Source: Methanomassiliicoccales archaeon (GTDB taxonomy: Archaea > Thermoplasmatota > Thermoplasmata > Methanomassiliicoccales > UBA472). Taken from it: a stretch of DNA of 64,000 nt. A program made the position numbers and the translations under genes. Below, piece by piece: positions 14,002 through 24,161 of this stretch (within the stretch, counting starts at the first letter, position 1; each line of letters starts with the position of its first letter). The notes under the pieces were generated by a model. It was not told the DNA's origin, did no database searches, and was given only the letters and a program-made list of their open reading frames with translations. The stretch spans positions 77,673 to 141,672 of the forward strand of contig JAVBWG010000008.1 in the NCBI GenBank assembly GCA_036677555.1. The letters are read 5' to 3'.

Positions 14002-17000
14002 ATGGCAACGAAGCAGGAGGGGTCCAGTCAACCCACTGACAAGCAGCGCTCTCTTTCGTTGTCCAATTTCTCTCGGAACCTCAAGGATTCTTGGATCGGA
14101 AGAAATTGGCAGACCGTGCTGTTATTGACAATGATGGTGTTCCTGGCCTTGTTCGTCAGGAGCTATTTCGGATTTTCCACTTCGGTGGACAACGGCTACC
14201 TGGTATCAGGCGGCTCTGACTCTTACTATCACATGAGGGTCATCGACCACGCGGTGGCAACTGGGGACCACCTGGTGTGGGATGACATGCTGAACTATCC
14301 TAACGGGATGAGGAACCCCCGCCCGCCGCTGTACGACTGGTCAGTGGCTGTGGTGGGGATGCTCCTGAGCACGATCACCGGACTGGCGATAACCGACGGG
14401 GTCGGTCTGTCCCTGGTGTTCTCCACCGCGGTGTGGGGGGCGCTCACGGTCATCCCGGTCTACATGCTGGGCAAGGCGGCCTTCGGACGCAAGGGCGGAA
14501 TGCTCGGAGCGTTCATGTTCGCCCTGATGGCCGGCCATATAGAACGCACGGTGCTCTCCAACGCCGACCACGACGCCATGGTGCTTTTCTTCGTGGTGTT
14601 CGCCTTCTACTTCCTGCTCCGTTCGCTGCAATCGGTGAACGGCAGCCGCTGGGTGTCCAAGTGGACGGACCTCAGGACCATCATTCCAGGGCTAAAAAGC
14701 TACCTGGGCACCAATCAGCAATCGCTAATTTATGCGGCACTGGGCGGCTTCTGCGTGGCGGCCGTCGGTCTGATATGGACAGGTTACACCTACCTGCTCA
14801 TCATCGTCTTCGTCTACTTCATAGTGCAATTGCTGGTGGACCGTTTCCGGAACGCCGATTCCATGGGTGTGCTGCTATCCATAGCCGTCTTCTTCGGGAT
14901 CGCCTTCCTGGTCATGGCCCCGGCCTATTTCAGCCTGAGCCTGATAGTCACCTGGTTCGACACGCCGCTGTTCCTCTTCGCCATAGGCATCATCGGGGGG
15001 CTCATGTTCGTGGTCACCCGCGATTACCCGTGGACCCTGGTGCTCCCGGTGTTCACCGGCATCCTGCTGGTGGCCATGGCACTGTTGTCCGTGTTCAACC
15101 CGACCCTTCTGGAGACCATCGTCTCCGGTCAGGGTTACCTGGTGAAGAGCAAGCTATACGACACCATCTCCGAGGCTCAGGCCCCGGTGTTCTCCAGCCT
15201 GGCCATGTCCTTCGGCATGGTCACATTCTGGCTGGCGCTGATGGGCGTAGGCTACGCGGCCATCAAGATACCCAAGAACCTCAGCCCATCCTTCATCTTC
15301 GTGGTGGTCTGGGTGGCCATATCCATATACATGGCATCCTCGGCCGCCAGGTTCGTCTTCAACGCATCCCCGGCCTTCGCGGTCTCTGCCGGCTGGGTTC
15401 TGGGACTGATCATAGACCGTCTGAAGTTCGATGAGATGATCCGTAACCTGCGTACCGATCATGGCGGAGCGTGGAAAACAATCCGGAGCTCGGTCAAGAT
15501 CAAGCATCTGCTGGGAGCGGTGTTCATCATCCTGATGATACTGGTGCCCAACGTGTGGTACGCCATGGACGCCGGTATCCCGTCGACCAGCAAGACCGAT
15601 TACGACGCTCAGATCTACAATGCCATGCCCGACCTGCTCAGGCCGGACGACTACGACCTGGAGAACGGTACCTACTGGTACCTGGGCGCCTTCAGCTACG
15701 GTCTGACCCTGCCGAATGAGTATTGGCCCGCGGCCTGGAACTGGTTCTCCGCTCAGGACGCCGACACGGCGTCCGCCCTGGACCGCCCGGCCTTCGTATC
15801 CTGGTGGGACTATGGTTTCGAGTCAATCCAGCAAGGCGGCCATCCGGCTGTGGCCGACAATTTCCAGAACGGCTACCACTTCGCCGGCACGCTGCTCATG
15901 ACCCAGACCGAGGAAGGGGCCATCGCCCTGTTCATCGTCCGCTGCGTGGAGAACGGCGTGTTCGGAAGCACCGCTGTCGGAGCGGCGGCCCTCGAGAAGA
16001 TGGCCGAATATGGCGTGGACACGGTCCGCTTCAGGGACATAATAAAGAACCCGGCCAATTACGTGGACGAGGTCAGCAACAACCCTCAGGTATATGGACA
16101 GCTGGACAGCGACCTGAACGCCGAGAACGCCAAGTATGTGGCGGCCAGGCAGGTGCTCACCTCCTTGGGCAAGGACCAGCTTGTCTCGCTGTACAACGAC
16201 GTGAGGGAGATCACCGGCAATGATATCGGATATGTGTCCGTGGACAGCCGGTTGTTCCCCTTCACCGCCACCTCCTACAACATATTCTACGCTCCGGCCA
16301 AGCTTTCCGACCAGCGGGTGGACGGGAACAACATTCCATACGACTACTATGTGATCTACGCGGTGGACATCTATGGGGACAGGATCCCTCTGGACGAGGT
16401 CACCGCTACCGATTACATAACCAGCTATGAAATTGAGTATACCGACGCCTTCTACGACACCATGCTCTACCGGGCCTTCATGGGCTTCGGCCCCAATGAC
16501 GTGGGGGCGACCGGACAGGGCCTGCCGGGCATATCGGGAAGTCTGCAGAACATCCCATCCATGCAGGGATGGAACATGAGCAACTTCCGCCTGGTATATC
16601 GCACAGCGTACTACAACCCGTTCCCCAGCGCTGACGTGGCCAACCACACCGACGCCTGGCGGGCGGTCTCGTACGACGAGGCGATCAGCATGTACAACCG
16701 GATACAGACCGGCGAGCTGATCGGTACCGTGGACCTCTCGTCGTCAAGCCTGCGCTCCGGGGTCACCTTCCTGCAGTACTATGACGGAGCCATCGTCGAG
16801 GGGACCGCGGTCACTGACGCCGGCCGGCCCATGGCCGGGATATGGGTCACGGTTCTGGACGAGTACGGCATACCTCACCAGGTGGTCAAGACCGATGCCG
16901 ATGGCCGGTACAGTGTCATCGTACCCTTCGGCGATGTCACCCTGGTATATTCCTACGGCGAACTCGACCCCCGCACGCTGTACGGTTCACAGCTGCATTC

Positions 17001-20000
17001 TGAAAGCATGCACATCACCTATGATCAGGCCATGCGCGTGGAGGCCGACGCGGACAAGGACGACCAGCTCGACTACATGATCGACCTGGACGTGACGGTC
17101 TCCGCTGGCTCGCTGGTCGGCCAGGTCTTCCTGGACAACGACGGCAACGGCAGGTACTCCGCGGCCACGGACGAGGCGCTGATAGGCGCCAAGGTCGTGT
17201 TCGAGAACGCCACCAACGGCTTCCGGGCCGAGGCGACGTCCACCGCAGACGGCTATGAGATCGCGGGCATCACCCCGATGAACGGCACCGTGTGGGTGGA
17301 ATACCAGGGACACGTCTTCGGCACTGCGAGCGTGCAGGTCAAGATAGGGTCCCCGGTCTCCAAGGACCTGTACGTGGAGCCGGCCGCCATGAACGGCACC
17401 GCCGTGCTGGAGGATGGAACGGCCGCCGGTCAGTGCACCATATCCCTGCTGGACAGGACCAACGGGATGGTTTTCGAGGCAGTCACCGATGCCACTGGGC
17501 ACTTCGCTTTCCAGGGGCTCCTGCCGGGCAACTACACCGTCCAGACCCCTGACGGGACCGCACTCCAGAGCGCCGATGTGACGCTGAAGGCGGGCGATGC
17601 CCTCACCAAGGACCTGGTACTCTACGAGTCCATGCGCCTTAGCGGTCTAGTCACCTACGATGGAGAGGCCATCAGCAACGCCCTCGTGGAGATCTCCGGC
17701 GATCTGGTCGATATATGGGTGCAGAGCGATTCCCGCGGTCGGTATTCCGTGGTCATCCCCAAGGGCGATGTATCTGTATACGCCACGGCCACAGTGAACG
17801 GCCAGGAAGTCGTCTTCCTGGAAAGGTTCCTGGCCGCCGACAGCGCCAACGTCGATCTGGTCATGAGGGACGGGCTGGTGCTGTCCGGCACCGTCCAATA
17901 CGCGGGCGGCGTCGTCTCCGGCGCTGAAGTGGTAATGCAGGACCGTAGCGGGCACGCCTCCTTCACCGCGGTGACCAACTCTCTGGGCAAGTTCCGCGCC
18001 GTGCTGCCTTCCGGGATGTACTTCACTTACATCAATGACGGGACCAGGGCCTACTGGGGAGACGTGAGCGTGGAATCCTCCACCTCCATCACCTTCCAGC
18101 TGGTGTCCTCTGTCAAGGTCTCCGGGAAGGTCTGGTACGATGCTGACGGCAATGACGCGGCCTCCGCCGCAGAAGGGCTGAACGGCGTCGTATTGACAGT
18201 GACCGACCAGGATGGGCGCGCGATCACCTTAGGCACGGGTCCCACCGGCCAGTACTCGTTCGTGCTGGTATCCGGCAGAACCTATACCCTCACGGCGGTC
18301 AAGGACGGCTTCTCGGACATCGTAAAGCTGTATCAGACCGTATCGCAGAGCTCCAGCAGCGACCTGGAGATGGTCCCGCTTAAGCGCACGGTCACCGGAA
18401 GCGTCTCCCCGGCCATGGCCGGAATGTCCGTCATATTCGAGGCGGTCAGCGGGCCGGCCGTGAACGCCAGCGCCGTCACCGACGCCGACGGAAGCTTCAC
18501 GGCTTCCCTGTATCCCGGCGATTACGTGGTCAAGGTGGACCAGAACGTCAGCGTCGACGATTCAATGCGCTACCAGTCCCTGAACGAACTGGACCTGGAG
18601 GTCCTGATCGGCAGCGACCCCGAGCCGCTTCAGATCGAGGTGGTCCAGAGGATGCTGGTCAGCGGTCAGGTCAGCCCGAGCGGCTCCGCCACCCTGGTCT
18701 TCGACGGTCCGGACAAGGTTACCTTATCCGCCAGCCTGAGCTATTCTGTATATCTGCAGGAAGGGTCCTACTCCCTGTATGCGACCGTTGCCAACGGCAC
18801 CCAGCACTCTGCCATGCTCGTCCGCTTGGATGTCGCCGGCGCGATGTCCTTCGACGTTGCCACCAGCGCGGCCGCCGCGGCCAACCTCCAGGCGAGCATG
18901 TCCGGGCTGAGGTCGCAGAGCGTCAACATCACCGTCGCGCTGGCCGGGGCCTACTACAACGTCACCACCCCGTCCACCGGATTGGCCAGTATCTATCTGG
19001 CTCCGGGAGAATACACCGCCACGGTGTACCACCTCGCGGTGGCCACCATAGGCGGTCAGCAGAGGTACGTCAGCTACGCCAGCGATCTGGACTTCCAGAT
19101 GTCCGGTTCCCGGCGGAACCTGGTGATCGCCACCACGATGTCATATGAGAACGCCACAGTGAGCGGGGACGTAACCGCTGATGGTGAGGCGACCACTGCC
19201 AGGATAGAGTTCCAGGCCACATCGGCCACTGCTGAGGACCTCACGATCGAGGCAACCGGCAGCTATTCCGTGGAACTGTCTCCCGGCAATTATACGGTAT
19301 ACGCGGTGAACCAGGACGGTTCCCGGGCCTACCTCGGCAAGCTCGCCCTGTCCGATCTGGATGGTGTCGAACATGACATAGTAATGGTCGAGGCGTTCCG
19401 TCTGGCGGGCGTGACGTTCGCCGACGACGACGGCGTAAGGGCCGAGGTCAGCATCGACGGGGCGGGAACGCTCAGCATATCCAGCTCCCTGAACGGTGCC
19501 TACGAGGTATACCTGCCAGCCGGGTCCTACTCCCTCAAGGCGCAGGCGGTCCGGCAGGAGAACGGAATGGATGTGGACTACAAGGCCACGGCCGCCGTGG
19601 CCCTGGCCGACGCCACCACCAAGGGGATCTACCTCCAGAGAATGACCGAGCAGGACGTTTCCCTGACCTGGGATTCCGCTCAGAAGGTAACCCTGAACGC
19701 CGGCGAGACCGCCACCTACACCATCCGCATCGTGAACGAGGGGAACGTGGAGGACACCTTCCGGCTGTCATCCAGTGCCAGCGGGTGGACAGTGGTGTTC
19801 TCCCAGAGCGAGGTCACCCTTGGCTTCGGCACCGCCAACAGCCAGACGGTCACCGTTCAGCTGACCCCCTCCTCGACCGTGCTGGTGAAGCACACCGCCG
19901 TGGTCGTGCGCGCGGTCTCGGCCACCAACTCCTCGGTCTCCTCATCGGTGAGCCTGGACGCGGTGATCGCCCCCGCCAGGACGGTAATGGCGGAGTACCA

Positions 20001-20487
20001 GGGAGGCAAGACCACCGACGGCAGTGATTACCGGCACGTGGTCAAGGTGACCAACTCCGGCAACATCGACGATTCGTACGTCATGTCCATCGGGAACCTG
20101 CAGGCCCTGCGGGACCTGGGCTGGGAGGTCAGACTGGTCAACGGGACCGCTCTGGTCGACAGCATGTCCATATCCGTCTCCGCCAGCAAGAGTTCCAGCA
20201 TCGAGATATCCATGGTCCCCATAAGGACCAATCCGAGCCCCACGGTCTCCGTGCAGGTCGTGGCGGTTTCCGTCGACGACGATGCGGTGCGCACCACCTT
20301 GGAAATGAGCCCTGACCTGGTCGGACTGGGCGTAAGCGGCCTGTCCGTCACCGGAGTCAACGTGGAGGACGGCATGCCCACCCTCGGCCAGGGCACGCTG
20401 GCCCTGCTGGGGCTGGCTTTGACCCTGATGGCGGTGCTTGTCGTCATCAGTATACAGAAGGGGGTGTTCTCACGAAGAAAGCGCTGA
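14002..20487 (+). CDS. aglB: Oligosaccharyltransferase AglB/STT3 with a long repetitive beta-sandwich C-terminal extension and second membrane anchor
   Basis: Multi-TM N-terminus with DSYYH, DHD, TISE, SWWDYG and ADNFQ, then about 1200 aa of TDxxGxY/F (carboxypeptidase-regulatory/Cna-B-like) repeats, and a C-terminal TM followed by RRKR. Confidence 0.92.
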   Translation: MATKQEGSSQPTDKQRSLSLSNFSRNLKDSWIGRNWQTVLLLTMMVFLALFVRSYFGFSTSVDNGYLVSGGSDSYYHMRVIDHAVATGDHLVWDDMLNYPNGMRNPRPPLYDWSVAVVGMLLSTITGLAITDGVGLSLVFSTAVWGALTVIPVYMLGKAAFGRKGGMLGAFMFALMAGHIERTVLSNADHDAMVLFFVVFAFYFLLRSLQSVNGSRWVSKWTDLRTIIPGLKSYLGTNQQSLIYAALGGFCVAAVGLIWTGYTYLLIIVFVYFIVQLLVDRFRNADSMGVLLSIAVFFGIAFLVMAPAYFSLSLIVTWFDTPLFLFAIGIIGGLMFVVTRDYPWTLVLPVFTGILLVAMALLSVFNPTLLETIVSGQGYLVKSKLYDTISEAQAPVFSSLAMSFGMVTFWLALMGVGYAAIKIPKNLSPSFIFVVVWVAISIYMASSAARFVFNASPAFAVSAGWVLGLIIDRLKFDEMIRNLRTDHGGAWKTIRSSVKIKHLLGAVFIILMILVPNVWYAMDAGIPSTSKTDYDAQIYNAMPDLLRPDDYDLENGTYWYLGAFSYGLTLPNEYWPAAWNWFSAQDADTASALDRPAFVSWWDYGFESIQQGGHPAVADNFQNGYHFAGTLLMTQTEEGAIALFIVRCVENGVFGSTAVGAAALEKMAEYGVDTVRFRDIIKNPANYVDEVSNNPQVYGQLDSDLNAENAKYVAARQVLTSLGKDQLVSLYNDVREITGNDIGYVSVDSRLFPFTATSYNIFYAPAKLSDQRVDGNNIPYDYYVIYAVDIYGDRIPLDEVTATDYITSYEIEYTDAFYDTMLYRAFMGFGPNDVGATGQGLPGISGSLQNIPSMQGWNMSNFRLVYRTAYYNPFPSADVANHTDAWRAVSYDEAISMYNRIQTGELIGTVDLSSSSLRSGVTFLQYYDGAIVEGTAVTDAGRPMAGIWVTVLDEYGIPHQVVKTDADGRYSVIVPFGDVTLVYSYGELDPRTLYGSQLHSESMHITYDQAMRVEADADKDDQLDYMIDLDVTVSAGSLVGQVFLDNDGNGRYSAATDEALIGAKVVFENATNGFRAEATSTADGYEIAGITPMNGTVWVEYQGHVFGTASVQVKIGSPVSKDLYVEPAAMNGTAVLEDGTAAGQCTISLLDRTNGMVFEAVTDATGHFAFQGLLPGNYTVQTPDGTALQSADVTLKAGDALTKDLVLYESMRLSGLVTYDGEAISNALVEISGDLVDIWVQSDSRGRYSVVIPKGDVSVYATATVNGQEVVFLERFLAADSANVDLVMRDGLVLSGTVQYAGGVVSGAEVVMQDRSGHASFTAVTNSLGKFRAVLPSGMYFTYINDGTRAYWGDVSVESSTSITFQLVSSVKVSGKVWYDADGNDAASAAEGLNGVVLTVTDQDGRAITLGTGPTGQYSFVLVSGRTYTLTAVKDGFSDIVKLYQTVSQSSSSDLEMVPLKRTVTGSVSPAMAGMSVIFEAVSGPAVNASAVTDADGSFTASLYPGDYVVKVDQNVSVDDSMRYQSLNELDLEVLIGSDPEPLQIEVVQRMLVSGQVSPSGSATLVFDGPDKVTLSASLSYSVYLQEGSYSLYATVANGTQHSAMLVRLDVAGAMSFDVATSAAAAANLQASMSGLRSQSVNITVALAGAYYNVTTPSTGLASIYLAPGEYTATVYHLAVATIGGQQRYVSYASDLDFQMSGSRRNLVIATTMSYENATVSGDVTADGEATTARIEFQATSATAEDLTIEATGSYSVELSPGNYTVYAVNQDGSRAYLGKLALSDLDGVEHDIVMVEAFRLAGVTFADDDGVRAEVSIDGAGTLSISSSLNGAYEVYLPAGSYSLKAQAVRQENGMDVDYKATAAVALADATTKGIYLQRMTEQDVSLTWDSAQKVTLNAGETATYTIRIVNEGNVEDTFRLSSSASGWTVVFSQSEVTLGFGTANSQTVTVQLTPSSTVLVKHTAVVVRAVSATNSSVSSSVSLDAVIAPARTVMAEYQGGKTTDGSDYRHVVKVTNSGNIDDSYVMSIGNLQALRDLGWEVRLVNGTALVDSMSISVSASKSSSIEISMVPIRTNPSPTVSVQVVAVSVDDDAVRTTLEMSPDLVGLGVSGLSVTGVNVEDGMPTLGQGTLALLGLALTLMAVLVVISIQKGVFSRRKR

Positions 20488-21257
20488 TGATACTGTTTGC
20501 GGCCATACTGCTGATAGGCGTGATGCCGTCGGCCCATGCGGACGCCTACGATCCGCTGTATGCGGAGGTCGACGGGCCAAGCGTCGTGGCCACAAACACG
20601 GTGACCACGTACACCCTGACCATGTTCGGAGGGCCGGCCGAAGCGGGCGTGGGGAACTACACCTACAAGGCCACCATGACCGGGTCCGGGAACACCTACG
20701 GCTCTTTCTTCGTACCCAGCACGGTTGAGCCAAGCCCCACTGGCACGTTCCGCATCAACCTGACCGCCCCCGCCGAGGCCCAGACGATGACCATCAACAT
20801 CGAGTGCCGGTCCTCTAACACCGCCCAGACGGTGAAGACCGTCGTGACCTTCCAGGTCAAGGTGGTCGATCCGATAGTACTGCAGACCACCGTGAGGAAC
20901 ACCGGAGAGGTGGCGGCCATGGGCGTCCCGATCAGTCTGCAGATCTATCAGGATGGGGAGTGGGTGGAGTTCCACCGCACCACCATCGACCTGGCGGCCG
21001 GTGAGTCGTACCAGTTCCGCTATAACTGGACCGCTCTGGGCCTGGAGCCGGGCGAGCACAAGGTGCGCATGGTGCTGGACCCCAACAACGGTATCGTCAC
21101 CTTCGAGGGCGGTTCCTCGGTGTACGAGACGACCATCTACTACAAGATGCCCGGCTACGACTGGGTCAACACCTTGATGTGGGTGCTCATCGTGGTGCTG
21201 GGCGTGACCATATTCTTCATATGGAGACGGCCGGCGAAGGGCAGGAAGAAACGCTGA
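20487..21257 (+). CDS. Secreted, membrane-anchored Ig/CARDB-domain protein
   Basis: Signal peptide, TTVRNTGEVAA...YNWTA...PGEHKVRMVLDPNN (CARDB-like), C-terminal TM plus RRPAKGRKKR. Overlaps the aglB stop codon. Confidence 0.75.
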   Translation: MILFAAILLIGVMPSAHADAYDPLYAEVDGPSVVATNTVTTYTLTMFGGPAEAGVGNYTYKATMTGSGNTYGSFFVPSTVEPSPTGTFRINLTAPAEAQTMTINIECRSSNTAQTVKTVVTFQVKVVDPIVLQTTVRNTGEVAAMGVPISLQIYQDGEWVEFHRTTIDLAAGESYQFRYNWTALGLEPGEHKVRMVLDPNNGIVTFEGGSSVYETTIYYKMPGYDWVNTLMWVLIVVLGVTIFFIWRRPAKGRKKR

Positions 21258-21269
21258 AAAAACCCTTTC

Positions 21270-21887
21270 CTACAACCTTTTCTCCAGATCGCCCATGCGG
21301 CCATGTAGCCTCTCGCTCATGACCGCCAGGGACACGTCCCCCCTGGTCTTCTCCAGTACGGAACGGGCTATGTCCTGCTTTCGCCTGATCGAGATTATGG
21401 CGTCAGGATAGTCGAAGCGCATGATGACCAGGAACAGCTCCTCCATGAGGTCCAGGTACCGCTCGGCCTCCGATATCTGCCCCCTGCGCAGGGATTCCAG
21501 GGAGAAGCGCCTCAGCTCCCCGATGGTGTCCGCGATCCCCAGAAGGTAGGCCGTGCCGGGCATGCCCAGATGGGCGGGGTCGGGAAGTTCATGGCCCTTG
21601 ACCAGGGCGTTCAGTATCGCCGCCTCGGCAACCTCGACCAGGGCGTCCTGCACGATCCCGGAGTGCCAGATCTCCACATGCTCCGCCAGCACGCTCTTGA
21701 GCTTCTGCGCCTCGTCGACGGCCTCGGCCAGGGCGGCCTCCCCGTCGATACCCTTGTGCATCCCGTGGACCACCCCGCTCGACATACGTATGAGCGCCCG
21801 GGAGGACTTGATGGCGATCTCCCTGACAGTATCCTTCTCCTCCAGGGAGTCCTGTATCCTCTGGGCTATGTGCTCCAGGTCCTGCAT
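21270..21887 (-). CDS. Translin/Trax family protein (COG2178-like)
   Basis: From ATG 21887: MQDLEHIAQRIQDSLEEKDTVREIAIKSSR...AYLLGIADTIGELRR...RRKQDIARSVLEKTRGD. Confidence 0.85.
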   Translation of the reverse strand: MQDLEHIAQRIQDSLEEKDTVREIAIKSSRALIRMSSGVVHGMHKGIDGEAALAEAVDEAQKLKSVLAEHVEIWHSGIVQDALVEVAEAAILNALVKGHELPDPAHLGMPGTAYLLGIADTIGELRRFSLESLRRGQISEAERYLDLMEELFLVIMRFDYPDAIISIRRKQDIARSVLEKTRGDVSLAVMSERLHGRMGDLEKRL

Positions 21888-21921
21888 GAGGGTAGATCGG
21901 CGGGGAATATGAAAAGCTTGC

Positions 21922-23244
21922 TCAGCCCCTGACCTGGCGCATATGCTCGACCCGCCTGCGGACCAGCTCCCCCTTTCCGATGTCGTGGCGGACGAACACA
22001 TCCCCGTGCACGTGCGCCAATCCCGCCTCGCACACCGCCTCCGCCTCCTCTATGCTGTCGGCCAGCCCCACCACGCCCAGGGTGCGTGAGGAGGTCGTCA
22101 GCACGACGCCGTCCCTCTCGTCGACCGCAGCGTAATACAGGCGGGCCCCGGTCCCTTCCAGCCTCCTCTCGTCCACGGTGACCGGCAGGCCGGCCTTCGG
22201 TTCCGTGCCGTAGCCGGCGGGGACCACGTACTTGCATACGGTGGCCTTCCTCAGGAACGGGACGTCCCCGGACAGTCTGCCGTCAGCCACTCCCTGGCAC
22301 ACTTCAAGGAAGCCGTTCTGCAACAGGGTGAGGACGTTCATGGCCTCCGGGTCCCCGAAGCGGGCGTTGAACTCTATGACCTTCGGTCCCTCCCTGGTGA
22401 GCATGAACTGCCCGTACAGGATGCCGCGGTAGGGATGGCCGTCCTCGCGCATGGCCTGCACCGTGCGCTGCATTATCTCCAGAGCCCGCTCGCGGTCCTC
22501 CCTCCCCACGAAGGGCAGGAGGTGGTCCGCGTCAGTGTACGAGCCCATGCCGCCCGTGTTGGGCCCGACGTCCCCGTCGTAGGCGCGCTTGTGGTCCTGG
22601 ACCAGCGGCATTCCCCTGACGCTCCGCCCGTCGCAGAACCCCTGCAGAGTGAACTCCTCTCCCACCAGTCTCTCCTCCAGGACCACACCGGCTCCGCCGA
22701 TCTTGTGGTCCAACACCTCCTTTACGTAGGCTAGGACGCCCTCCTTCCCTTCGAGGTGCTCCCCCTCAACCTTGACGCCCTTGCCGCCGGTGAGCCCTTC
22801 CGGCTTGACGACCAGCTCCCCTTCGAAATCATCCACGAAGAGCTTTGCGGACCCATAGTCCTGGAAGGTGCCGAAGACCACGTTGCCGGGAACGGAGTGC
22901 TTCTTCAACAGGCGTCGGGAGAACCGCTTGGATGTTTCCAGTCGGGCCGCGGCCTGAGAAGGTCCGACGCAGCCTATCCCTCTCCTCAACAGTTCATCGG
23001 TCAGTCCCGCCTCGAGCGGAGCCTCCGGACCGATGACCGCCAGCTCGGCGCCGAAGGAGACGGCGAGCTCGACGACCTTGGGCACGTCGGTCTCCTTGAT
23101 CAGCTTGAACTCCTTGGCCGAACGGGCGATGCCGGGATTACGGTTCTTCATCGCCGCGTAGACGTCCGCCCCGTCCCTTCTCAAAGCCTCGACGATGGCG
23201 TGCTCCCGCCCCCCTCCGCCGACTACCAGCACCTTGACGGTCAT
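21922..23244 (-). CDS. purD: Phosphoribosylamine-glycine ligase
   Basis: VLVVGGGGREHA, IGPEAPL, QDHKRAYDGDVGPNTGGMG and EFNARFGDPE. Confidence 0.98.
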   Translation of the reverse strand: MTVKVLVVGGGGREHAIVEALRRDGADVYAAMKNRNPGIARSAKEFKLIKETDVPKVVELAVSFGAELAVIGPEAPLEAGLTDELLRRGIGCVGPSQAAARLETSKRFSRRLLKKHSVPGNVVFGTFQDYGSAKLFVDDFEGELVVKPEGLTGGKGVKVEGEHLEGKEGVLAYVKEVLDHKIGGAGVVLEERLVGEEFTLQGFCDGRSVRGMPLVQDHKRAYDGDVGPNTGGMGSYTDADHLLPFVGREDRERALEIMQRTVQAMREDGHPYRGILYGQFMLTREGPKVIEFNARFGDPEAMNVLTLLQNGFLEVCQGVADGRLSGDVPFLRKATVCKYVVPAGYGTEPKAGLPVTVDERRLEGTGARLYYAAVDERDGVVLTTSSRTLGVVGLADSIEEAEAVCEAGLAHVHGDVFVRHDIGKGELVRRRVEHMRQVRG

Positions 23245-23287
23245 GCGCTTCGGGGATGGCGCTGAGCTTTATTAAAGGAACTGATGC

Positions 23288-23938
23288 TCAGCCCAGCAAT
23301 GCGTCCACCAGCACGTCCAGACCCTCGCCGGTGCGCTCGCTCACCGGTATCAGCTCCCGACCACCGGAGAGCTTGCGGTAATCGGCCTTAACCCTTTCCA
23401 GGTCCACACCCATGTAATCGACCAGGTCCATCTTGTTGATGACCGCGATGTCCGCCCCCTGAAATATCATTGGGTGCTTGCGCACCATGTCATCCCCCTC
23501 GGTGACGGAGATGACCACCATGCGCTTGTCCGTTCCGAGAGGAAAGTCCGCCGGGCAGACCAGGTTGCCCACGTTCTCCACGAACAGAAGGTCGATATCC
23601 ATCAGGTCGATGTCGTCCAGCGCCCTGTCCAGGAGATTTGCGTCCAGGTGGCATTCCTTCCCGGTGTTGAGGTTGTAGGCCCTGATACCGGCGGCCTCGA
23701 ACCGGTCGTAGTCGTCCTGACCGGTGACATCACCAGCGATGGCGGCGACGCGCAGACCGCGGGCCATCATCATCTTGGAGAGCTTGATGATCAGGGCGGT
23801 CTTTCCCGCGCCGGTGGTTCCCATGACGTCCACCGAACGGACGCCGGAGCCATGGAGCTTCTGCTGGTTGTGCTCCGCCAGATGCCGGTTCTCCGCCAGA
23901 ACGTCGGTCTCCATGCTGATATGGGTGATCTTGTGCAC
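23288..23938 (-). CDS. hypB: Hydrogenase nickel-insertion GTPase
   Basis: GTTGAGKT, TGKECHLDA, ENVGNLVCPADFPLG and INKMD. GTG 23938 start (MHKITHI) preferred. Confidence 0.95.
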   Translation of the reverse strand: MHKITHISMETDVLAENRHLAEHNQQKLHGSGVRSVDVMGTTGAGKTALIIKLSKMMMARGLRVAAIAGDVTGQDDYDRFEAAGIRAYNLNTGKECHLDANLLDRALDDIDLMDIDLLFVENVGNLVCPADFPLGTDKRMVVISVTEGDDMVRKHPMIFQGADIAVINKMDLVDYMGVDLERVKADYRKLSGGRELIPVSERTGEGLDVLVDALLG

Positions 23939-24161
23939 GGAGCCGAATTTTCCGTTCCCGGTTAATAACTTTGCCTTTAATCCTTCCAGTGTTCTCGGCA
24001 ACGAACCTTCGGGCGGCAGACCGGATAGGAGCGGTCCGGCTGTATGGCCATCCCTTTCAGGTCGATTTTATCGAATAACTTTTAAGTAATGTCACGCAAA
24101 TATGATTCTTCAACTAAACCGGGGTCCCGAAAGGTGGAGGGGGCCTACAAGGGGGATTCTA

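Noticed and set aside
24088-24160. 5' leader containing TCACGCA, CTAAACC and CCGAAAGG, reminiscent of a c-di-GMP-I riboswitch
   Set aside because: The elements are in the wrong order, the leader is too short and only a weak stem can be drawn.
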